64,000 nt of DNA from Syntrophales bacterium (GTDB lineage: Bacteria > Desulfobacterota > Syntrophia > Syntrophales > UBA6807). The position numbers and the translations under genes are program-made. The notes under the pieces were generated by a model, which was not told the DNA's origin, did not search any database, and saw nothing but the letters and a program-made list of their open reading frames with translations. Below are positions 56,659-64,000 of this stretch, one piece after another (position 1 is the first letter of the stretch; every line of letters starts with the position of its first letter). Location: assembly GCA_040767195.1 (NCBI GenBank), contig JAXGPA010000001.1, positions 800,001 to 864,000 on the forward strand. The letters are read 5' to 3'.

Positions 56659-57842
56659 GACGATGGATCCTTCCCATGGATGAGCTGTCGAAGGGCTGCC
56701 AGGACCGTGTCAACGTCCTTTGCCTCGTTGAAGGCCCCCAGGCTCAAGCGGACGGTCCCCTCGGGAAAGGTCCCGATGGTCCGGTGGGCCGCCGGAGCGC
56801 ACTGGAGACCGGGGCGGCTCATGATGCCGAAATCTTCGTCGAGAGCGTATGACACCTCGCTGGGGGGTCTTCCCTCCACGTTGAAGGAAACGACGGGGGT
56901 CTGTTTATCGGCGTCCCCCGTCCCATAAACTCTAATTCCCCGGATCTCCTTGAGACCGTCAATGAGTCTTGCCGTCAGCCCGATTTCCTTCCGCCGGATG
57001 TAATCGATTCCCTTCTCGCGGACAAACCGGATCCCCGCCTCCAGGCCGGCGATTCCCACGGTGTTCGGAGTCCCCGACTCGAAACGGTCGGGAAGAAAAA
57101 GGGGGTGCTCCTCCGATTCGGAGCGGCTTCCCGTCCCCCCCATCATGAGGGGCCTGACCCGATCCTCAACGGACGAAGACAGGACGAGCCCCCCTGTCCC
57201 CTGGGGCCCAAAGAGGGACTTGTGTCCCGTGAAGGCAAGAAGATCGATGTTCATGGCCTTCACGTCCACGGGGACGGCCCCCGCCGTCTGAGCGGCGTCG
57301 ACGCAGAACAGGACGCCCCTCTCCCGGGCCAGGCGGCCGATGTCGGCAACAGGCATGAGGGTCCCAACGACATTGGAGGCGTGGGTCAGGTAGATCGCTT
57401 TCGTCTCCCGCCGGATGGCCCGGCGGACGTCGTCAGGGTCGATTACCCCGGCGGGCGAACAGGGCACCACGGTGAGGGAGGCACCCCGTTTCTCCATCTC
57501 CCGGAGAGGTCGCATGACCGAGTTGTGCTCCATCCCCGAGGTGACGGCGTGGTCCCCCGGCTCGAGTAACCCGAAAATGGCGATATTGAGGGCTTCCGTG
57601 GCGTTTTTCGCAAAAACCACGTGAAGGGGGTCTTCCGCCCCGAAAAGATCCGCCAGGGCTTCCCGGGTGTTGAAAAGAATCCGGCCCGCCTCGACGGAAA
57701 GACGGTGACCCGAGCGCCCCGGGTTGGCCCCCACATCACGGGAAAACCGCTCCATGGCCCGTAATGTTTCGGCAGGCTTGGGACAGGAGGTGGCGGCGTT
57801 GTCAAGGTACAGGATCCGGCGGGATTCCGGGGATTCGCTCAT
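56655..57842 (-). CDS. Class V aminotransferase, cysteine desulfurase / selenocysteine lyase-like
   Basis: YLDNAATS.PKP, NPGRSGH, EHNSV, HASNV, DAAQ, FTGHK, ESGTPN, RPGLQCAP. Confidence 0.9.
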   Translation of the reverse strand: MSESPESRRILYLDNAATSCPKPAETLRAMERFSRDVGANPGRSGHRLSVEAGRILFNTREALADLFGAEDPLHVVFAKNATEALNIAIFGLLEPGDHAVTSGMEHNSVMRPLREMEKRGASLTVVPCSPAGVIDPDDVRRAIRRETKAIYLTHASNVVGTLMPVADIGRLARERGVLFCVDAAQTAGAVPVDVKAMNIDLLAFTGHKSLFGPQGTGGLVLSSSVEDRVRPLMMGGTGSRSESEEHPLFLPDRFESGTPNTVGIAGLEAGIRFVREKGIDYIRRKEIGLTARLIDGLKEIRGIRVYGTGDADKQTPVVSFNVEGRPPSEVSYALDEDFGIMSRPGLQCAPAAHRTIGTFPEGTVRLSLGAFNEAKDVDTVLAALRQLIHGKDPSS

Positions 57843-58000
57843 GGGCAATAGGAACTCTCTTTCGTGCGTTTCGCCTTTTTTTAAAGTTATCTCCTGACGT
57901 TTCAAAGGGCAAATTCCTATTCACCATAATCGAAACGAACTATTGACACAAGGAATACGAAGATTCCTCGTGAACCTTGAGGCGAACCAGGAAAGGGCAT

Positions 58001-58242
58001 GGCGAGGGAAGCCATGCGGACCGCCAGAAACAGGTAAGCGGCGAGGCCCGGGAATTCGATGCCGATGAGGTTGATCAGGCCAGCCGGGCCAGCTTTCGTC
58101 TCTTCCCCTCCCTGCCAAAGGTGCCGTTCTTTTCCAGAAGAACACCTCCCCGGCCGTTTCTTGCAAACCCCTGGGCCACGGCAAGGCTGACCACGCCGGC
58201 ACCGATAAGGACAATGGAAAATTCGCCGGCGTCAATAGTCAA
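58001..58242 (-). pseudogene. Internally deleted FAD-dependent oxidoreductase (LhgO/L2HGDH-like) relic
   Basis: N-terminus IVLIGAGVVSLAVAQGFARNGRGGVLLEKNGTFGRE joined out of frame near 58105 to a C-terminus EETKAGPAGLINLIGIEFPGLAAYLFLAVRMASL. Confidence 0.7.
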
Positions 58243-58264
58243 GGGCTTATCACCCACGTCCGTC

Positions 58265-58302
58265 AAAAAAAAGAGGCAGCCCGCCGAGGCTGCCTCCCTT
58301 TT
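58265..58302 (-). terminator. Rho-independent terminator (probably bidirectional)
   Basis: A8-GAGGCAGCC-CGCCGA-GGCTGCCTC-CCTTTT, directly after the LVIVD gene stop. Confidence 0.85.
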
Positions 58303-58317
58303 GCGTCTTTCACGTCC

Positions 58318-59961
58318 TCACAGGCCGGGGCGGACGGCGCTGATACCGGCAAATCCGTATTCTTTCACGACTCCATCGGTATTCCGGTAGAGAGCAAAGG
58401 CCGCCAGGCCCTTGGAAGCGGAAATCTTCACACTGCCCTGAGGAATCGATTCCCCGCCCGTCATGGCGGCCACCTCATACTTACCGCTCCCCCGGGCCGG
58501 GATGGTGACACGGTAGGGATCCAGGGCCGTCCCGTCCGTCTGATACACCGTAAAGGTCGCTTCAACGGACGTATTGTTGGGATTGCAGACCATCACGGTA
58601 GTGTCCCAGTATTCGTTATCCGCCAGATGGGGAACGATGAGCGTTTCCGACAACTCCGGGATCAGGGTTTGATCGAACATGAAACGGGGAATGTCCGTTC
58701 TCATGGCGAAACAGAGACCCGTGAGATGCCGATCCGAGTGAACCTGAATCCACCCTTCCTCGTTCGGCCCTCCGTTGACGATACCGGCATACTGTCCGCT
58801 CGGGGGCAGGGTGGGAAGAGCCTGGCCATTCAGAAGATTCCCTTCGGTATCGCGAACATACAGGTATACGTGGGCACTTTCGGAAGGATCGCTGTTCCGC
58901 AGGGCCACGCCTGTCCCGTAACCCTTCGAGGAGAAAAAGGGAATGTAATAGGAATAGTTGACGAGGAGGGGCGAGATATCGATGATCCGAAGACCGTCCG
59001 AACCAGCGGCGAGGTAGGCGTATTTTCCGTAAACGGCGACGCCTCTCGGGTCGCCCACGGTTTCGCAGTATCCCGCCTCCGTCGGGTCGGCCGGATCGGT
59101 GAGATCGATGACCCAAAGACCGTTAGACCCGTCGGTGGAGCTCGCGTCGCTGGCAACAAAGGCCCATTGTCCCACAACGGCGATGTCTCGGTAATACTTC
59201 ACGATGGCGGGGTCGTAGCAACCCGCTTCCACGGGCACGGCGGGGTTCGACACGTCGATGATCCGAAGCCCCCTGTTGTAGTCGGCGACACAGGCGTACT
59301 GGTTATATAGCCCCACGGCATAAGCCTGGCCGCTCGTGTTGAAGTTCCCGATCTCGACGGGTGATGTGGGATTGGAAATGTTGATGATCGTAAGCCCGCC
59401 GTACTGATCGGCCACGAAGGCATAAAGGGAAGACACCGCAACCCCGTAAGCGCTTCCCGGCGTAGCGATGCTGCCCTCCGGGGAGGGCGATCCCGGTGAG
59501 CCCACGTCGATGATCTGTAAGCCACCGTTGCTGTCGGCCACATAGGCCAGGTCGCCCAAGAGAGCGACGCCCCTCGCGCTGCCGGGGGTGTCGTAGTAGC
59601 CCGTTTCCGTGGGCGAGGCGGAGTTGGTCACGTTGATGATCCGAAGGCCCTTGGAACCGTCGGCCACGTAGGCGTAATTTCCCGAGACCGCCACATCGTA
59701 GGCATACCCATTCGTATTGAAGGAGCCGGCTTCGGTGGGCGAAGCGGGATCGGTCACATCGATGATCCGAAGCCCCGAGTAACCATCGGCCATGTAGGCA
59801 TAATTTCCGGAAACCGCAACGGCTTCCGAAGTCCCCGTGAGATTGATGGACCCCACTTCGGTGAGGACTACGACCTCCCCGTGTGCCGGGGGGACAGCTT
59901 TCCATCCGGAAATCAAGAATAACATCAACAAGGCTGCTGCCGTAAAACCGATTCTTTTCAT
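58318..59961 (-). CDS. Secreted LVIVD-repeat beta-propeller protein with duplicated C-terminal beta-rich domain
   Basis: Signal peptide; seven ~42-aa repeats VAVSGNYAYVAD...GLRIIDV.DP..P.E.G; two related ~100-aa C-terminal units. Confidence 0.88.
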   Translation of the reverse strand: MKRIGFTAAALLMLFLISGWKAVPPAHGEVVVLTEVGSINLTGTSEAVAVSGNYAYMADGYSGLRIIDVTDPASPTEAGSFNTNGYAYDVAVSGNYAYVADGSKGLRIINVTNSASPTETGYYDTPGSARGVALLGDLAYVADSNGGLQIIDVGSPGSPSPEGSIATPGSAYGVAVSSLYAFVADQYGGLTIINISNPTSPVEIGNFNTSGQAYAVGLYNQYACVADYNRGLRIIDVSNPAVPVEAGCYDPAIVKYYRDIAVVGQWAFVASDASSTDGSNGLWVIDLTDPADPTEAGYCETVGDPRGVAVYGKYAYLAAGSDGLRIIDISPLLVNYSYYIPFFSSKGYGTGVALRNSDPSESAHVYLYVRDTEGNLLNGQALPTLPPSGQYAGIVNGGPNEEGWIQVHSDRHLTGLCFAMRTDIPRFMFDQTLIPELSETLIVPHLADNEYWDTTVMVCNPNNTSVEATFTVYQTDGTALDPYRVTIPARGSGKYEVAAMTGGESIPQGSVKISASKGLAAFALYRNTDGVVKEYGFAGISAVRPGL

Positions 59962-60118
59962 GACCAAACGCCCTCCTTTCAAGTGACCCGTCAAAATGGT
60001 TCCCCTTTTTACTGCATTTATCCGTTAACACAATTTTCTCGTATTGTTAACCCCTGCCTGCTTGCTTTATGGTATTTTCCCGGTTATATTTATACAAGTG
60101 AAAGGGTAGAGGCCCGAG

Positions 60119-61498
60119 ATGCCAGCGGAACTCGAAAAATACGCCTTCAAGCTCGTCAAGAAAATCCGTATCCGGATCCTCGACATTCCCGGCGCTTTCG
60201 GCCAGCTGGCCACAGAACTCGGCAAATACGGGGCCATGCTCGGGGACATCACCAAGGTTCACCTCACGTCCCAGCACATCACCCGGGACATGGTCATGTT
60301 CTTCGATTCCCGGGATCAGTTGGAAAATACCCTCCAGGATATCGAGAAGCTGAAAGGATACCGGATCCTCTCCGTGGAGGATGTGGTCCTGAACCTGCAC
60401 CGGGGCGGCAAGGTCGCCGTGACGCCCACGGTTAAAATGGAAACCCTGAGCGACCTGCGCCTCCTTTACACGCCCGGCGTCGCCCAGGCCTGCCGCCACC
60501 TGGCGGAACACCCCGAAGAAACCCGGGATTTCACATCCATCGGGAACACCGTCTGCATCGCCACGAATGGAACGGCCGTCCTCGGTCTCGGCGATATCGG
60601 GGTTCTGGCGGGCATGCCTGTCATGGAGGGAAAAGCGGTCATACTGCACAGGATGGCCGGGGTCAGCTGTGTCCCCCTTCTTCTGGACACGAGAGATGTG
60701 AGCCGAATCGTGAACACCCTGGAGACCCTGTCGAAGACCTTCAGCCTCGTCATGATCGAGGACATCAAGGCCCCGGAATGCTTTGAAATAGAGGAAAAGC
60801 TCCAGGAGCGCCTTTCCATCCCCGTCTTTCACGACGACCAGCACGGGACCGCCACGGTCATCCTGGCCACGCTCATCAAGACACTGCGCCTCCTGCGAAA
60901 AGACCGGGAGAAAACGAAAATCGTCATCAACGGGGCCGGGGCGGCGGGAATCGCCACCTGCCGGCTTCTCCTGGAGTACGGGTTCCGCAACGTCGTGGTC
61001 TGCGACCGGGAAGGCGCCCTTTGCCGAACCCGGAAAGAGAACATGAACCGCCACAAGAAGCGGATCGCCAGGGTAACGAACCCAGGCGGAGAAAAAGGCC
61101 TCCTGAAGGAAATCATCCGGGGAAAAGACGTGTTCATCGGCGTCTCGTCGGCCCGGGTCGTCACCGCGGACATGGTCCGGACCATGAACCGGAAGCCTGT
61201 GGTCCTCGCCCTGGCCAATCCCGTCCCGGAAATCCTTCCCAAGGAGGCTGTCGATGCCGGGGCGGCCTTCGCTCTCGACGGGCGGACGGTAAACAACTGC
61301 CTCGCCTTCCCCGGTCTTATCCGGGGCGCCCTGGACGCTCGGGCGGCGCGGATAACGACAGCGATGAAAATCCGTGCCGCCGAGACCATCGCCGCCCTGG
61401 CGGGGAAACATGAGGGCGTTCCCAATTTCATGAACCTCTCCATTCATCGGAAAATAGCGAACGCCGTGAGGCTTGCCGCCCTGGAGACACGGGTATAA
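60119..61498 (+). CDS. NAD(P)-dependent malic enzyme with N-terminal ACT domain
   Basis: ACT DIPGAFGQL; YTPGVA, TNGTAVLGLGDIG, PVMEGK, EDIKAPECF, FHDDQHGTA, GAGAAG, ALANP.PE, NNCLAFPG. Confidence 0.93.
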   Translation: MPAELEKYAFKLVKKIRIRILDIPGAFGQLATELGKYGAMLGDITKVHLTSQHITRDMVMFFDSRDQLENTLQDIEKLKGYRILSVEDVVLNLHRGGKVAVTPTVKMETLSDLRLLYTPGVAQACRHLAEHPEETRDFTSIGNTVCIATNGTAVLGLGDIGVLAGMPVMEGKAVILHRMAGVSCVPLLLDTRDVSRIVNTLETLSKTFSLVMIEDIKAPECFEIEEKLQERLSIPVFHDDQHGTATVILATLIKTLRLLRKDREKTKIVINGAGAAGIATCRLLLEYGFRNVVVCDREGALCRTRKENMNRHKKRIARVTNPGGEKGLLKEIIRGKDVFIGVSSARVVTADMVRTMNRKPVVLALANPVPEILPKEAVDAGAAFALDGRTVNNCLAFPGLIRGALDARAARITTAMKIRAAETIAALAGKHEGVPNFMNLSIHRKIANAVRLAALETRV

Positions 61499-61515
61499 CG
61501 AAAGGAAAAAGAAAC

Positions 61516-62592
61516 ATGGGCAAGGACAAAACCTATCGAATCGCGGCCATTCCCGGCGACGGAATCGGGAAAGAGGTCGTCGTCGAGGGCATGCGGGTTA
61601 TCGAAGCGGCGGCCCGGCGGTTCCGGTTTCGTGCGGACTGGACGGAATTCCCCTGGGGCTGCGATTATTTCATCCAATCCGGGGAAATGATGCCCAGGGA
61701 CGGCCTGGACCGGCTGAGACCCTTCGACGCCCTCTTTCTCGGCGCCGTGGGAACGCCCGGCGTGCCGGACCACGTATCCCTGTGGGGCCTCCTCATTCCC
61801 ATACGCCGTTCCTTTCGGCAGTATGTCAACCTCCGGCCCGTCCGCCTTCTCAAGGGAATCCAAAGCCCCCTCCGGGGCAAGAAGCCCGGAAGCATCGATT
61901 TTTACGTCGTCCGGGAAAATAACGAGGGGGAATACTCCAACGTGGGAGGCCGCATCTACACCGGAACGGAAGACGAAACGGCCGTCCAGGAAGCCGTTTT
62001 CACAAGACGGGGCGTTACGAAAGTCATGGATTTCGCTTTCCGGCTCGCCCGGCAAAGGCCCCGGAAGCGCCTCACCTCGGCAACCAAGTCGAACGGCATC
62101 GTCTTCACCATGCCCTTCTGGGACCAGGTGTTTCAGGAACTGGCCCCCCGGTACGGCGACGTGGAAACGGACCAGTACCACATCGACGCCCTGTGCGCCA
62201 AGGTCGTCCTGAACCCGGAGCATTTCGACGTCATCGTGGCGAGCAACCTCTTCGGCGACATCCTGTCCGATCTCGGTCCCGCCATCGCAGGCAGCATCGG
62301 TATCGCCCCATCGGGGAACCTGAACCCGGAAGGGGAGTTTCCCTCCATGTTCGAGCCTGTCCACGGTTCGGCCCCGGACATCGCGGGAAAAGGAATCGCC
62401 AACCCCATCGGCCAGATCTGGTCGGGCGCCATGATGCTGGACCACCTGGGGGAAGTGGAGGCGGCCCGGGCCATTGAAAAGGCCATCGAAACCGCCCTGG
62501 ACGAGAAGAAACTCCGGACACCCGACCTGGGAGGTAAAGGGAAAACAGAAGAATTCGGCCGGGCCGTCGCCGAAATCGTCGCTTCTTCATAA
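61516..62592 (+). CDS. Tartrate dehydrogenase/decarboxylase (D-malate dehydrogenase, TtuC/DmlA family)
   Basis: PGDGIGKEV, VPDHVSLWGLLIPIRR.F.QYVNLRP, RENNEGEYS, ATKSNGI..TMPFWD, EPVHGSAPDIAGKGIANP. Confidence 0.93.
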   Translation: MGKDKTYRIAAIPGDGIGKEVVVEGMRVIEAAARRFRFRADWTEFPWGCDYFIQSGEMMPRDGLDRLRPFDALFLGAVGTPGVPDHVSLWGLLIPIRRSFRQYVNLRPVRLLKGIQSPLRGKKPGSIDFYVVRENNEGEYSNVGGRIYTGTEDETAVQEAVFTRRGVTKVMDFAFRLARQRPRKRLTSATKSNGIVFTMPFWDQVFQELAPRYGDVETDQYHIDALCAKVVLNPEHFDVIVASNLFGDILSDLGPAIAGSIGIAPSGNLNPEGEFPSMFEPVHGSAPDIAGKGIANPIGQIWSGAMMLDHLGEVEAARAIEKAIETALDEKKLRTPDLGGKGKTEEFGRAVAEIVASS

Positions 62593-62684
62593 ACGGGAGC
62601 GGCTGTCCACAGGCAGCGCCGGAGAAAGAAAAACCCTGAAAAAATAGGCATCGAAAAACCACAGGGAATGACGGAAAAAGGACC

Positions 62685-63818
62685 ATGAAGATATCCCGCG
62701 TCGAAGCCATCCCCATCCGCCAGGAACTGAAGGAGCCTTTCGGAAACGCCCAGGGCTGGACCACGGCACGCCAGTACCTCATCGTCCGGGTCACCGCCGA
62801 CGACGGCACCACGGGGTACGGAGAGTGCTGGGGCCCCATTGCCGGAAACCGGGAGATCGTCCGGGACGTCATCGCCCCCCTCATCCTGGGGGCAAGCCCC
62901 CTGGACACGGCGGTCCTCTGGGAGAAGATCCATTTCCGCCTCCGGTGGGCCTATCACTCCTTTGCCCCCTATTCCGCCCTGAGCGGTGTGGACATCGCCC
63001 TTTGGGACCTCAAGGGAAAGATCCTGGGGCTGCCCCTTTACACCCTCCTGGGAGGCCGCTTCCGGGACCGGGTCCCGGCCTATGCCACGGGCCACTACTT
63101 CCGAAAGGTGGACACGGTGGACCGACAGATCGGCATCATCCGGGAAGAAGCGGCAGGCAACCTCGACAAGGGGTTCCGGATGCTGAAACTGAAAATCGGC
63201 ACGGCTCTCCTTGGCTGGGGTCACCGGGAGGACATACGGCTCATGGAAGCGTTCCGGGACGTGGTGGGTGACCGGGATTTCATGGTGGACGCCAACTGCG
63301 CCTACGGCATCCCCGAGGCCCTGGAAGTGGGCCGGGCGTGCGGGGATCTGGGCGTCTACTGGTTCGAGGAGCCCGTTCCACCCCATGATTACGAGGGATA
63401 CGCCTTCCTGTCGGACAAGCTCGACGTACCGGTGGCCGGCGGGGAAGGATGGGCCCTGCTCAGTGAATTCCACGAGATCTTCCGGCGCCGGGCGGTGTCC
63501 TATGCCCAGCCCGATGTGTGCTCCGCCGGGGGCGTTACGGAGGTGGCAAAGATCGCCGGCCTGGCGCGGTCGATGAACATCGACTGCATTCCCCACGCCT
63601 GGGGGACCCCTATCGCCATCGCCGTTTCCCTTCACGTTCTCGCCAGCCAGCCCGGGAAGGCCCTCCTCGAATTCGACCAGTCGGACAATCCCATCCGGGA
63701 CCGGCTCATCGAAACCCCCTTCCGGCTGGAAGGGCCCGACGTACCGGTCCCGGACGGCCCGGGACTGGGTATCGTCGTGGACGAAAAAGCACTGGAATCC
63801 TTCCGGTTAGAAGGCTGA
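62685..63818 (+). CDS. Mandelate racemase-subgroup enolase-superfamily protein (D-galactarolactone cycloisomerase-like)
   Basis: GYGECWGP, SGVDIALWDLKGK, AYATG, KLKIG, VDAN, WFEEP, AGGE, QPD, PHAWGT, LEFDQSDNP.R. Confidence 0.85.
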   Translation: MKISRVEAIPIRQELKEPFGNAQGWTTARQYLIVRVTADDGTTGYGECWGPIAGNREIVRDVIAPLILGASPLDTAVLWEKIHFRLRWAYHSFAPYSALSGVDIALWDLKGKILGLPLYTLLGGRFRDRVPAYATGHYFRKVDTVDRQIGIIREEAAGNLDKGFRMLKLKIGTALLGWGHREDIRLMEAFRDVVGDRDFMVDANCAYGIPEALEVGRACGDLGVYWFEEPVPPHDYEGYAFLSDKLDVPVAGGEGWALLSEFHEIFRRRAVSYAQPDVCSAGGVTEVAKIAGLARSMNIDCIPHAWGTPIAIAVSLHVLASQPGKALLEFDQSDNPIRDRLIETPFRLEGPDVPVPDGPGLGIVVDEKALESFRLEG

Positions 63819-63929
63819 TCCGGAAAGGACGGATATGAACGGCGTCCTTGCGGGGAGGAAGCGTTTCCTCCCCCAGAAAACCTCACGGGGGCGCTCCTTG
63901 AAAATTTTTCAAGAAAAGGAGAAAACGTC

Positions 63930-64000
63930 GTGAAAAAAGGAAAATGGATTGTCCTGTTGATGGTTCTGGCCCTCTTGTTTTCATTTCAGACCGCCGCCTG
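63930..64000 (+). CDS. Exported protein, 5' fragment only (possibly a transporter substrate-binding protein)
   Basis: AAGGAG SD, GTG start, MKKGKWIVLLMVLALLFSFQTAA signal-like peptide running off the window edge. Confidence 0.6.
   Translation, partial: MKKGKWIVLLMVLALLFSFQTAA

Noticed and set aside
58950..59830. Periodic DNA similarity (~126 nt) suggesting a repeat array or CRISPR
   Set aside because: Explained by in-frame LVIVD protein repeats; there are no identical repeats with unique spacers and no cas genes.

Overview
GC-rich bacterial chromosome segment. Gene content and order (lysS-lolCE-lolD-bamA-skp-lpx cluster, ADP-forming acyl-CoA synthetase, a selenoprotein) suggest a deltaproteobacterium / Desulfobacterota, possibly Syntrophales-like; this is inference. 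1-19.5 kb: outer-membrane, lipid A and LPS-core biogenesis operon, with a GnnA/GnnB-like pair between lpxA and lpxB. 19.7-22.4 kb: tRNA-Leu(GAG), secG, tpiA, gap and tRNA-Arg(TCT). After the tRNA-Arg lies an AT-richer, decaying islet (frameshifted secreted-protein relic, C-type lectin/IPTL-CTERM surface protein, internally deleted acyltransferase), then an Fe-S L-serine dehydratase with a twin-arginine signal peptide. Next come an RND efflux pump; a CoA-thioester cluster (two PqsE-like MBL hydrolases, two hotdog thioesterases, ADP-forming acyl-CoA synthetase, degenerate Nudix); a BCP peroxiredoxin with UGA at the catalytic Cys and a SECIS-like hairpin; and an uncharacterised four-gene operon (degenerate RsbW-like/GNAT, HisC-like PLP enzyme, MFS, GNAT). 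The last third holds a GDP-mannose/MpgP/DUF62/GT/radical-SAM run, a selenium-associated desulfurase-yedF-DUF3343 triplet, an LVIVD beta-propeller surface protein and a malic enzyme-tartrate dehydrogenase-enolase-superfamily operon. All family calls come from motif recognition by eye; no searches were run.
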